Notes under the pieces: model-generated
Seen by the model: only the letters and a program-made list of their open reading frames with translations
Databases searched by the model: none
What the model was told of the DNA's origin: nothing
Shown: piece after piece, positions 12,716 through 24,441 of the stretch
How positions within the stretch are numbered: position 1 is the stretch's first letter
Layout: every line of letters starts with the position of its first letter
Translations under genes and position numbers: made by a program
DNA from: Macrostomum hystrix
Lineage: Eukaryota > Animalia > Platyhelminthes
NCBI GenBank assembly: GCA_950097015.1
Contig: CATNEN010000026.1
Span: 1,116,001 to 1,180,000, forward strand
Direction of reading: 5' to 3'
DNA length: 64,000 nt

Positions 12716-15149
12716 TGTTAATTTCCAGACGTCCTGATTTTGCTTCCTCAGGTCGAAGTTCGCCTTTGCTGGGTAGGCTATTGTGCCCTCGTTTCTGAGT
12801 TTTTTGCATGCATTTAATGACAATCAAATTGTATTCGTGAAGCCTACCTTCTGTAATCAAGCCTGTTATTTAACTACAACGATGGCTAGCAACCACAGCA
12901 GAGAACTAGCGAATCATCGACCCCTCAACAGCACAGTGGAAATTCAATAATGCAATATACGATAATTCACATAAAGTGTAGCTACTTATGTTTTTATTTA
13001 TAATAGTTGGAAACTTTCTTGCACATCTGTTGTAGCTCGACATTTCACCACTCCAGCTACGTTTAAGATACGTTAAGTGCTGAAATACCTAGACATCTCT
13101 AGCTCAAGTGCTACAAGCTGACTGTGCCAAGAGTTCAGAACAGAAGTAGAAAACGGAACTTAATTGTTTTACTTTTAATGCATGCATCTTGACATTGTTT
13201 ATAGTCAATATTGAGTTTTAATAAGTGGGGGACATGGTCCCAAACCATGACATGCTGTCAAATTATGCGTCTGTGATCGTAGTTCCTTTTACTCGTAAAT
13301 TACAGTAACAATGCAAGTTTTGCAACAATGATGTCTTCTCTATTCCATGCACAGAAACTCCTAAATGCTTCTGTGCTCCAAAAGCCAATTAAACTTTATA
13401 AGTCATAGAGACAGGGCGCCGCCGCTGCCCATTCTTGACAGTGGCATTCTGATTTCTGATTTGAAAGCTTCATTCAGCAGGTATTCACTAGGCCCCTATA
13501 AGCCCAGGTCGTTTTATAATTAATTAAACTCCTTGCTTTGACATAAGATAAAGTAAAAAATCCTACGTCTACGAGCTGGCCTGTGAGACACAGAGAACAG
13601 ACCAAGAGTGGAATATGAATTTGCGCATAGTGTTAGGCAGAAGTAGAGAACGAAATCTATTCTCATTTTAAATGCAGCTGTAACAGATAAACAATATTCG
13701 GGAAAAAATATACAACTGAAGTTTCCAACAGGGTTAGAAATATTGAATTATTAAGTGTATCAAACATGGTCCGCTAAAAGATGAATTGACAGTGGTACTT
13801 TAGGGACTACTAGATACTCTGGTATTAACTAGTCCCTGGATACTCGCAAATTACATGGCACCTATGTTTTAAAAACCTCAGTAATTGAACTCCTAATTAA
13901 TTTTTTATTAAATACGTTAAAATATTTGAAGTATTTACCAAAATATTTTTTGACGCTTGATTGACAGAAAGGTACTGACTTGGGAGCTCGCACAGTGTAG
14001 ATGACAAGCTTCTTTTCGTGTGTCTCTCGGCCTGGGAGGACCATAAGGAAGCTGTACTTTTAGTCGATTTTAGTAGACACAATCGCAACATCATCTAATT
14101 AGCCTCCCAGACGCCCAGAAGAAGTCCTTGCTTCCGATAATCGATGCGATGTTGTATTTAAAGGTGTGTGAACTCTGTTTGATCAAGACCGAAGCAGCGC
14201 TTAAGTGACACGAGATTTGGAAAAGATCTTGACGCTATCGGATTGAAACTAGTATCCTTCCGGAGACACGGAATTCCATTTTAGGCGCGAGCCACTTCAG
14301 CGTTTCTGTAAGAAAGCTGGCGTGCACTTGGCGCCAGCTTCAACTCAGAAATCTGTCTGAACAAGATAGCAGAATTTCCTGGCACAATTTCCTCTGCAGC
14401 TCACAATCTATTCACGGCACCAAATTGAGTAGACACGAATGAAGTAGAGACGAATGTCGAGTGTTTCTGGTGAACTTTTGCGAACACAGACCGCTTTCTT
14501 TCGGCTAAGCCCAGCAAAATCTGCCAAAATCCATGCGTGGTTGATGGATGAAGCAAACTCTGAAGTCAGAAAAGGTTCCGTGCTGAAGATATATTTTCAG
14601 AGGATTATAATCCCAACCGGCTGAAGCTTTCAAATCGAGGCAGTGAAAAATGAAATCAGAATTTGCCACTGTCACGAAAATGCGCACAGCGGTGGCGCAC
14701 AGCAACTATGACTCATATTTTTTTGGCTTTCCATTTCATATAATGTGAAACGATTTATTGGGAACATACTCGTACCTTTTTGTATTTGTAATACCCAGCT
14801 TACAAAATTAAACTTAAGCAAAAGAACAGGGGAATTCTAAGCATTTGGTAGTTTCTGTGCATGGAATAGAGAAGGATTTGTTGCTGCGAGGTAGCAGTCT
14901 GGTCATCCAGGCGGCACAGTCACTAAATACCTGACAATCTATGCATTGAATTTATATATCAGTCAGTTAGGCTAATTCAATTACAGCTGTCACGGCTAAT
15001 GAATAGAGTGGTTGCCATTTGTTTTGCTCCACTGACGTGCCCGTAATACCAGCCACTCATACAATTCTCTAAGCATAGGAATCTTCTCTTACCAAGGGTC
15101 ATTAACTTATTCGCAAATAGTAACTGCCCAAACAAACCTCATGGGACTC

Positions 15150-15560
15150 TAACTCTATCTTACCCATGAGTTGAGCAAGCTGTGTACTGCTGTCCAGTCC
15201 ATGGACTGCAGGGGGTCTGCCTCACCCACCCAGCTCCTGTCTGAACAGGGAATCAAGCATCTGGCTCGAAGAACTTTTTTCCTGGAATGATAAACGCCAT
15301 TTTTCGCCCAGGGAAATTGGGCTTTCTCCGGAGGCGTCACTCCGGGGTGGGTCTCAGCCGCGATCTCACTCGCGAGCCATTGGTAGAAAGGATGGCCAAA
15401 GTCGGGTGTCCTCAGCCGCCTGGAAGCTCACAGGGGCGTCAAGCTACGGGGAAGTTCAGCTGCTCTCCTGGCCGTAGAGGTCGGCACCCACTGTACAGTC
15501 ACTGACGCGAGTAATGGTTGAATTTTTCGTCTCCAAGCGCCACAAGACGCCGCTTAAGAC
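15150..15560 (-). mobile_element. Dispersed-repeat fragment sharing its 3' segment with the SINE-like element at 51693
   Basis: The minus strand reads cagtccatggactggacagcagtacacagc versus cagtccatggactgaacagtcgtacgcagc at 51855. The upstream part is unrelated, so the boundaries are uncertain. Confidence 0.4.
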
Positions 15561-15781
15561 TCCGACCCACGTAATTTCACAATGGGATACAAAGTAAGTT
15601 TGCTAACGGGCCCATCGGAGCACATGACAAGTAAGCTAGTGCAAGCTTCAAACTTAAGGGGCATGTTTTTCTCGTTTCTCTTTATGCACACGACTGTATT
15701 GCATGAACACTTACAGCTGTTAGTGTCGCAGCTGTTGCATCTCGTGCTGTTCGACGCTGCACTCCTCCTCTTCCTGGTGAA

Positions 15782-15898
15782 ATGACGGCAGCAGAAGCAC
15801 TCCTAGTCTTTGCTTTCCTCTTGCTGGCTGCGAGCCACGCTGGTCCGTGCGAGACATGCTTGTCGGGCTTCTGCTGGAGGTGCGTTTACGGAAAATAA
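15782..15898 (+). CDS. Small secreted Cys-rich peptide precursor (38 aa), predicted C-terminally amidated
   Basis: Hand translation MTAAEALLVFAFLLLAASHA-GPCETCLSGFCWRCVYGK*. It has a hydrophobic signal ending in S-H-A, four Cys (CxxC-x4-CxxC), a terminal Gly-Lys, and AATAAA overlapping the stop (15894-15899). Below the ORF-track length cutoff. Confidence 0.6.
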   Translation: MTAAEALLVFAFLLLAASHAGPCETCLSGFCWRCVYGK

Positions 15899-15982
15899 AA
15901 TGAAGCTTTTACGCATTTTGGCGACTTTTGTTTGTGCTTTTCATTATGCTTTTTTAGTGCATTTGGCAGCCTTTTGATATGT

Positions 15983-17515
15983 TCATAACGAAAGTACTTT
16001 TAAGGACCTGTCATTTTTTTGTTCTATTCGATAAGGTCTGGTGGATTTATCTCGATTTACTGACATTTTAGCTAGCCTAAAATATAAGCGTAAAATCCAC
16101 ACGTACAGACAGCTTTTGTGTAAATAAGTAAAAATTTTCAAGTGAAGTAAAGGCCATGAGTACCTGGCTAGCGACACCTGATGGTTTCCAGCCATGTTGA
16201 TCGAGCCAGGCACAAGGTGCTGTGCCGCCGAGTCTTGCGTTCGTCTCCTTCGGCCAAGTACTGCAAACGTGTGCGATGATCGACGCCTGATGGCACGCAG
16301 GCGGCACGCGTACACAAGAGGGTTGAGCAGAGTGTAAGTTGCCATGACAACTTCAAAGTACTCGTTCATCATTTCGCTGTACATCATTACATCAGCAGCT
16401 GTGACGCCATTCTTTGCCTGTGACATCATATTGGTTGTCAGTAGAAGAGCAAAATAAGGCAGGAATAGCGCATAGAACATCAGCAAGAGGCCGATTGAGG
16501 TCGCCACGCCGCGAACATTTTGCCGAGCCGCCGTCGCCAGAGATGTCGGAGCCGCTCCAGGCGCTGATGCAGCCAGTCGACAGATGGTCAGCACAATGCG
16601 CACATAGCAGAATGTGACTGCACAGCAGGAGGTGATGAACACTAGTAAGAGGATCTGTAAGCTGTTGAAGTCGACAGCCAGGGAGCCGACGCAGCATAAG
16701 CGACTCATAATATCTGACTCAAATCGACAATAAATATAAATTGTAGGGAAGGAGTTTCCTGTGGGCTGCCATTTGCGAGACGGCAGCGTCGCTGTGACAA
16801 CAGCGTGGTAGAAAATCGGCAGAGCTGCCAGGGCCAGACAGGCCAACCAGCTGGCCAGTAGCAGACGGGGCAGGCAGCGGACAATGAAAGCCCTGCGGTA
16901 AGACAGCGCTCTGATGACGAACATGTACAGATCAATTGCTATCAGCGTCAGAGCCACTAGGGTCAGCGCGTGGGAGCTGTGGAGGCACTGCATCGTGATG
17001 TAGCTGAGGCAGCTATAACCAGCCATAGGCTTCGAGCTTCCATTGAAGGGGAACTTGAAATTCTGGTCTAGCAGGTGCAGTGTAGGTATGACTGGCAGCA
17101 AAGTTTGTGATGGCAAAAATGATGCCAATGGAGTTGGGGATGACAGCTGACTTGGCGGCGGTAGGGCAGGCAGCGTAGGAAATTCTATTGGACTGTATTT
17201 ATCGATGCCGCTGCTCAGGTTCAGATAAATTTCCTTTGGAACAAAGGGCAGAATGGGTGCCGAATGTTGCCTGTTGTGTGACCTCAACGCCAGATCCATC
17301 ACGACTAGAACTGCCGTAATGACGTCTGTCACGAGCAGATGCCGAATGAGAGCCAAATTGTAGACTCTGCCCGATCCGTTGACTGTGCTCGAAGCTGACG
17401 CGGCTCGCACATTGCGCAGCACAAAGAATATCCAGATGTTGATAATGACGCTCGCGCTGCAGACGGCAATGCCTAGCGGGCTCAGGATGGACGTCGCATT
17501 CGGGACTGTCCGCAT
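15983..17515 (-). CDS. Rhodopsin-family (class A) GPCR, apparently intronless
   Basis: Seven hydrophobic segments; TM2 LLVTD, TM3 end AIDLY (DRY variant) followed by ALSY, TM4 W...P, TM5 Y, TM6 FLPY, TM7 NPLVY, basic helix 8, N-terminal NAT sequon. The last roughly 55 aa are AT-rich and could be non-coding if a late intron exists. Confidence 0.9.
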   Translation of the reverse strand: MRTVPNATSILSPLGIAVCSASVIINIWIFFVLRNVRAASASSTVNGSGRVYNLALIRHLLVTDVITAVLVVMDLALRSHNRQHSAPILPFVPKEIYLNLSSGIDKYSPIEFPTLPALPPPSQLSSPTPLASFLPSQTLLPVIPTLHLLDQNFKFPFNGSSKPMAGYSCLSYITMQCLHSSHALTLVALTLIAIDLYMFVIRALSYRRAFIVRCLPRLLLASWLACLALAALPIFYHAVVTATLPSRKWQPTGNSFPTIYIYCRFESDIMSRLCCVGSLAVDFNSLQILLLVFITSCCAVTFCYVRIVLTICRLAASAPGAAPTSLATAARQNVRGVATSIGLLLMFYALFLPYFALLLTTNMMSQAKNGVTAADVMMYSEMMNEYFEVVMATYTLLNPLVYACRLRAIRRRSSHTFAVLGRRRRTQDSAAQHLVPGSINMAGNHQVSLARYSWPLLHLKIFTYLHKSCLYVWILRLYFRLAKMSVNRDKSTRPYRIEQKNDRSLKVLSL

Positions 17516-18199
17516 AGTGTTAATAGCCGACCTGTCGCGTAAAGGTAAGGATGGAGTTCACCTGTTGGTCATTTCACAAGCCCCAATGCTAGCTTTACCG
17601 ACAGAATCTTTACAGATTAAGCGCTCGAAAAATTTAGGGCCTTTTAAAGTTCCCATAGCTTCGACTTTGCGCAAAGAAAGTAGAGTTTGTAAATGCGATG
17701 GCCTGCTAGCACACTAATGGAACATAAACAGGTTGGTTAATTCCAATGTAGATTACATCTACGCTCGTAAGTGACTATCAATTAAGGACCTCAGCCATCA
17801 AAGCATCCTTAGTTTAATCGACTATAAAGTTAGACTTAAACGTGATATATCTATACACGCATGGTACAGTAGACTAATTAGTAGGGCTCTGCTAAATTTG
17901 AAATGTTGTCATCATTTCTGAACAGCCCCATCTAGTTAACAGAGGGCACAAAGGGATGCGCACGTTTTGGAGTGTCCAACTCAAATCACTGCGAAGCTTA
18001 AAGGTCGCTAGACTAACCTCTAATTATTTAAAAGCGATTCATTATAAAATTAAGGCATTGTCTAAACAGGTAGCAATGGAACGAAAACACAGGCGGACCA
18101 CTTACTTTAACGATGTTGACTGACTCCAGTCTTGTTTCCAAGGGTCTATTTGCAAATTGAAAGCGAATTTCTGCTTTGACTGTGCTGTCGTTGACTTTG

Positions 18200-18420
18200 A
18201 ATTAGCAAACCGGAAAGTAGGGTCTTCCTAACTTCCAGGATCGGGGACATATTTTTTTAAGGCAAACTTTTCTTTATACGGCTGCGCCGAGAGCGCGAGG
18301 TTGGTAACCAGCCCGCTGCGCTCGTCAATCGCAATTTTCATTGGTCACGTGACTCGTGGCCAATCCTACGCAATTCAGTGACTGCTCCGTGCAGCGGCAG
18401 CTGTTCTGACATTGTTGAAT
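18200..18420. promoter_or_regulatory. Promoter-like GC-rich island with palindromic GTCACGTGAC E-box flanked by opposed CCAAT boxes
   Basis: attggtcacgtgactcgtggccaat at about 18340-18364, ETS-like ccggaa near 18207, and a strong donor gtgagt downstream near 18607. Target gene is inferred. Confidence 0.5.
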
Positions 18421-18859
18421 TCAATGACAGTACCAATGCACTAATTTCTAGGTAGTTACATTTTGTAAGTATTGAAATACATGGCTTTTGATAAAAAAAG
18501 TACTTTCAACTAGTTGATGAGATGAGCTGGTTGCAAAATAAACGCACGCACCCATTAAATCTCATCGGTATGGTGACTTCAAGAAGATGCTCGACTCCGC
18601 CTTCGGTGAGTAAAAAAATGGCGTCACGAAAGCAAGCACTACATCATGTAATATGCTTCGATTGAAAAAAGGAAAAAAACTGAATAGGATTTCGGGGATT
18701 GCAGAAAATTTGCTTTGAGTCACGATCGCTCGAATGCTTTGGGTTTATTATAGCGCGACAATTTTTTTAGAAACGCTCCTGATGCCCAAAGATTTTATTT
18801 TCTCTTCCGATAGATATTTCTTAGTTAGTGTTTGGTGTGCTCTTGCGCATCGCTTGGAG

Positions 18860-19457
18860 CAGAGTTTGGCAATATATGGCACGCGGGCCAGATACCCCTT
18901 AATCTGGCTCTCGAATATATTCCAAAACTTACTCTGTCCTGTCTATTCACTCACCTGTCTCATCCCTATCAAATCTTATCGCTCCCTGACTCACCTTTTC
19001 TGTTTAATCTCTCCCCTGTCTCATCTCTCCCCTGTCTTATCTCTACCCTGTCTCATCTCTCCCCTGTCTCATCTCTACCCTGTCTCATCTCTCCCCTGTC
19101 TCATCTCTCCCCTGTCTCATCTCTCCCCTGTCTCATCTCCCCCCTGTCTCATCTCTCCCGTGTCTCATCTCTCCCATGTCTCATCTCTCCCGTGTCTCAT
19201 CTCTCCCCTGTCTCATCTCTCCCCTGTCCCATATCTCTCTGTCTAATCTCTCTCATGTCTCATCTCTCCCGTCTCATACTTACCCTGTCTTATCTATCTC
19301 CGGTCTCACCTGTCTCCTGTCTTACCTCCCCAATTTCTCATCTTTCTCCCGTCTTTTGTCTAAGATCTTATCTTACAATAAGGTCGGTCAGTTATCGTCT
19401 CTTTATTTCTATCTTTTGACAGAGAAGGTACATGTAATGCAAGGTTGCCGGCTCCTT
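18860..19457. mobile_element. Older, degenerate copy of the hAT MITE family with its own 16-bp minisatellite
   Basis: The left end cagagtttggcaatatatggcacgcgggccagat aligns to 11402. The right part tcgtctctttatttctatctttt...ggttgccggctcc aligns to 11830-11884. Internal array tctcatctctcccctg about 19015-19330. No clean TSD. Confidence 0.7.
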
Positions 19458-22254
19458 CATGGCTTGAGACACGTGTATGTCTATTCATTTAGTACATTTT
19501 TTTAAATCAAGCAGTTAAATGGAGTTTATGGGGTACATTTCATACCTGCTCATGGCAAATACTTGTTGTGAATATCATAGTGCAGCACGTATATACTTCG
19601 AGTGAAATGGTCGATTAGGAATAATACTCAAGGTATTCAAAGTTAACTGTGACTGTGAGTTACGAGTACATGAAGACGCTTATGCCGTTGCAATATCAGC
19701 CATATATTTTTCAACTGCGTAGATATGTCACTTTTATTCTACATATCAAATTTAGGTTATCTAAAAGACACAAAAATTCTAATCATTATGCATGGTGCAT
19801 CGTTTTACCTGATCGTAATTGCGATGTTGGCAAAATAGAAAATTAAATTAAAAATTAAGCATGCATGTCGTTGAGCTATTTCATCGTAGCTTGAACTTCT
19901 AATTCTCATTCGAGATATTTAAATTCAATTTCAGCTGCGAACCTGCACGGTACAATGACAAATTAGCTATTTCATTTCAGTAGCTAAATTTATTCGTCCA
20001 TCGGACACTCATCACCGCTTCTGATCCGTTTCCGTATCTGACACGGATTTTATTTGACTTGTTGAATGCTGTGCTGCTTTACTCGTAATATATACTTTGG
20101 CAGAGAATCCTGAAAGCAATTAGCTGGATTAACAGTCCAGAATATATTTGCCGTTGCAGTAAAGTACACGCATATCAGTATGTACGGGCCATCTGCCCGA
20201 TAGAGCGTTAAATCGCATATCAGAAGTAGCTGGAAAAGCAATCTATACTTTGCATCGGAAACCTGAAGCCAGAAACCCGAAAGCTGTAAATTTTGTCGCA
20301 GACTTCCTTTTATCCACATTTTCTAGGCCGAGCGCTTTTTATATATAACTCATCGGTTGGTTAGTTCTGTATGAGCAATAAGTGTGCTGTTTAAAGCAGT
20401 GCGATTTGGTATGAATGAAGAAACTATCTTGGCTGTAGATATGTTAAAAAAATGTAAGTAATATGCATGCGAATTATAATAGATGTTACATTCATCACAT
20501 GGGTGTCAGTATAGATTTGTCTCATGAATGTCGATAAAAAGTAAACAGATTTGACTTCGCTGCTCCTCTACCGTATTACAAACGTTATCACAGCTGCACC
20601 ATCTAACTACGAGCTAACTAACGTAACATTCAAGAGAGTAAAATTCGCTAAATTCTCGCGTAAAGTTTATATATAAAAAGCCTTTTGAGTATACATGTCC
20701 AAAGGCTCAGCTTTTTTCTAGCGGACTTTTCTATGTTAGGGGAATGTTTAAGACACTGCAGCATCAGCTGCGATGTAATACAAAAGTAAACTTGTAGAGC
20801 ATCATGTACGTTATGCTCTTGCCTCTTATTATACATGGCGTAAAACGGCTGGCATATGTTTCCGATAGAATAAATTTTCGTTATCAGATGCCATTTAAAA
20901 AATTTGTTGCCGCTGATAAGCTGCCGTTACAGCGATAATCTGTTTAATTATACGTACTGAATAAGACGAGAGGCAAGTATATTATTGAAGTTATAATCCG
21001 GTGACAATCCACCAGCATATTTAGCGTTAACATAGAATTTGCTTTATGAATAGAGTAAAGATGATTATTTATAAAGATTTATTTTTTTGCTGATAGTTCT
21101 GTAATGCATGCTTTAAAGGATCGCTTGGTTTAACTATTTCGTTTATCTATTTCTTGCGCACTTATTTAACTTGCACCCCTTCACGGAAATCGCTCAAAGC
21201 CTCAGTTGTATGTTGATTAACACTTTCCATGAACTATGAAATCTTGATATATTTTGTTACCTTCTAGCATTCCTTAATACACAAACTAGGTAACCAACTA
21301 CGTAATAATGCAAAAGTTAGTTAACACACCTCTCGTGAATTATTCATTTTTCACCTAGTAGCATTGAAACTGAGTCATCGTTGCATTGCATTGTATTCCA
21401 TTAAATGTGTGATCATTTTAACCATCCATCCTGATAATTAGCTTAGATTCCTTCAGTTAGGTTCTATTCCTGTATTTTAAGCTTTATTACTATTATTTTA
21501 AAAATATATATAAAAGAAAAAAGTCAGCACCCATAGATGTCGTGCGCGTTTTATTAATAATAAAATTACTAATAAAACTTGTAGGCACGCTTTGTAAGTT
21601 CATTGTGGTTTAATTATAAGTGAACTATCCACTATTTTCAATAATTCAACTGTTCAATACCCAGCTATCTAAAAATTATTGCTACAATGTCTACAATACA
21701 AGTAAAATTGATTTAATTTTTAAACCTAATATTATTTCCATTTTACTTTTTGCATCAAAACTTACTGCCAGTCAGAGATGTAGCCAACAAACTCTATTCA
21801 AAACAAACCAAAAGCATATTTATGTAGGTAGCCAAATGCTTTGTATAAAAGTAAGCCTATGACATATTTATTATTTAAAATAATAGTATATTTATAAAAT
21901 ATTTTGCATTTCTCATTAAGATGACATATTAACCAGCTTTTATGTATCTAAAGTAGTTTGCTGATGGCAATACTTTAGCTAATTTATTTCATATTGTGAT
22001 ATAAAAAGTAATAGCTAATTAGGTAAAAAAGCTGCATTTATATCAAATAATTAGCTATATAAAATAGAACAATTATGCCTATATATTGATATTGAAAGTA
22101 TAATCTTACTAATAAAGAAAATGCAACTTAGTTATTATTGAATCTTAGAATGCAGCATATATTTTCAAGCTCTTGGCTAAAATTATATGTATTGACAAGC
22201 TATTAGGACACAAACAAGCAAAAATTTAAAATGATTGTTCTTTTTTCTTCAGTC

Positions 22255-22510
22255 ATCTGCACACACAACCAGATACCATACAAAGGCTCATACACAGGTA
22301 TGTACATCTGTCCTGACTTTCTCATCATCAGGCAGTCTACACTCACTGTGCCTTGGAGGTTGGCCCTCGAGGGTGTAAATTGTACAACAAGCCCCCAAGC
22401 TTTCTCTCCACGGCTGTGTCCCCAAATGAATGTGGCCACACCATGGAATCGAGCTCAGGGGCCTTAGTGCGGGAGGCACACATGTTTAACGCTCTGCCAC
22501 TCACCCCCAC
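22255..22510 (-). mobile_element. tRNA-derived SINE-like family A, copy 1
   Basis: The minus strand begins ggtgagtggcagagcgtt (A-box-like)...gagctcgattcc (B-box-like). The body aligns with 52670-52955, including ctgcctgaYgatgagaaagtc. Confidence 0.7.
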
Positions 22511-22605
22511 CCATATATTAAATTGTTACAAGCATTTTCTGGTGTAATCAAGGCTGGGCATGGCACTCTCTCAGTCCATGGACTGAACAGCCGTATGCAG
22601 ACTTC
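22505..22605 (+). mobile_element. 5'-truncated SINE-like family B fragment
   Basis: Aligns to 51786-51885 and contains the palindrome cagtccatggactg at 22572-22585. Confidence 0.6.
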
Positions 22606-23087
22606 AGATGCTTAATTGGGGCAGGTGTAATCAACAATTATCATTGTTGTCACCTGCCCAACTTACCTAGTAGCAATCATGCCAGTGAAAATTATATGAA
22701 GTTCTAAATAGTTTTATTTGTATGAAATGCACTTAAATATTTCGATATTGTTTTACCAATCGATTTGCTGTTAATTTATCCAAAAAAAATCTTAATAAAT
22801 TGGCACCTATTGAGCACGTGTTTTTGATAATTGATCGATAGATCGATAGATCAATGAAACCTAGCCTAGTTGGGCCAGATGTACAGCTACTGGCACACAC
22901 GCTGCTAGTGCGCGGCTATTCCAAAGGCTGTGTACAGCTGTTCTGTCTGTGGACTGGGTTTTGCTGCAACACCCACCCAAATTTCTTCCCCAACTCTAAT
23001 CGATTTTTTAATAAAATCCTTCAGTTAGCTTTTTTAAGTGACTCCTGAGCACTTACTGAGCACTTTCTCACTCTTGCAGCCCTGCAA

Positions 23088-23606
23088 ATGCTGCACACTG
23101 GCGCAATTTCCGCAGCCTGCTCTGCGCTCATCCTTGCCACCATGCTGGCCAACTGCGTCAGGCCAATCGCGGGCGAAGCGTCTTGCATAATCTGCGACAA
23201 CTATTTCGAATTGAACGATCGCAACCTCAAGGATCCCTCCATGGCTGGCAGATTCTGTAACACCAGCATTTACCTGACTGGTTACAGGCACACAAAGTGC
23301 AAGAACAAAGACCTCAACGGATGCATGAAGATGACTACAAAATCTTGGCGTTATCACATCGATCGTCAGGGCGTTGGCATGAAACCCGCAGCGACCCTCA
23401 TTGCCACCGTGATCACTAGGGACTGCGCGGAGATCCCGCCAGCAATGGGCATCGGCTGCCACCAGATGTACGGCGCTGGCACCACCAAGGAGATCTGCTA
23501 CTGCGTCGGCAACGCCTGCAATGCGTCCGGCCGCTCCGCTGCGTTTAGCTTAGCTGGCATGGCCGCTTGTATTGCCATCGCATTGCTAACTGGACTATTT
23601 ATTTAG
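23088..23606 (+). CDS. Ly6/uPAR three-finger protein, quiver/sleepless-like, predicted GPI-anchored
   Basis: Signal peptide, 10 Cys (CIIC...C...C...C...C...C...CYC-x4-CN), small residues (NASG) then a hydrophobic C-terminal tail. An acceptor cttgcag ends 8 nt before the ATG, implying a 5'UTR intron or trans-splicing. Confidence 0.88.
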   Translation: MLHTGAISAACSALILATMLANCVRPIAGEASCIICDNYFELNDRNLKDPSMAGRFCNTSIYLTGYRHTKCKNKDLNGCMKMTTKSWRYHIDRQGVGMKPAATLIATVITRDCAEIPPAMGIGCHQMYGAGTTKEICYCVGNACNASGRSAAFSLAGMAACIAIALLTGLFI

Positions 23607-24441
23607 ACTATCGCTGTTAATGCTGGGGCGAGGGACTTCCGGAGCTAGCATCTGTATTAGTGCACGTGTTACAGATGTTATATTTAGAAGTCCCAACTAT
23701 TGTAGACGGTGTTACTTAAAAATGCGATTTTTAATTTAAACTAATTAACCTACTTCTAATTTCCTGTGTGTTAGTGTACGATAGTAACACAGATTTCAAA
23801 TAAGCTTTTACTATTATTATACCAGTTTTACAATTCAATTGGTTTTCATTTAAACTAACATTCCAGTTTATGTCATTTGAACCAGCCGGCAGGCAATCTC
23901 AAAGTTTTTGTTTGTACTTTTAGCTATTGCTCCTAAGAATCTCCCAGCGATGTTTTACTGTACGTCTGCCAATACAGTGCATACCTGTACATAGATTGCG
24001 TTGCTATGCAAAGACACTCTTCAAGCTAACATTCCCATTACCTAACCAAATCCGTTATTTAATTGAAGTCAGTTTGAGTTTTTAACACTTTTTAACGAAT
24101 CTCTTATTTAACCGAAAAATTTACAGCCAAACCATATCAATTGTTTATTGACCTGTGTTATTTCATTTTACTTAGTTCAGTGTTGTAATTCACCTCAAAT
24201 TTGTTGTATACCTTCCACTATGTCCATGGACTTTTTTGTTACTTATTGTTTTAAGTGAATGACGAACTAATTAACTTTACTGTACTGATTATTTGTTTAT
24301 AGCTGATTTGAGTGACTTTAAGTCACTGACTTACCTGACTTATATACAAAATTTCATGTTGAAAATTTTATCCAGAAAAGGGGCACTTTTAATTTGCAAT
24401 TTTTGATTTAACTTGGCGCGATTCTATTGTAACTCGGCTTG

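Noticed and set aside
22312-22335. Hammerhead-ribozyme-like core CTGATGA-TGA-GAAA in SINE family A (also near 52785-52805)
   Set aside because: Only 3 nt lie between CUGANGA and GAAA (no stem II), and no stem III/NUH site can be drawn.
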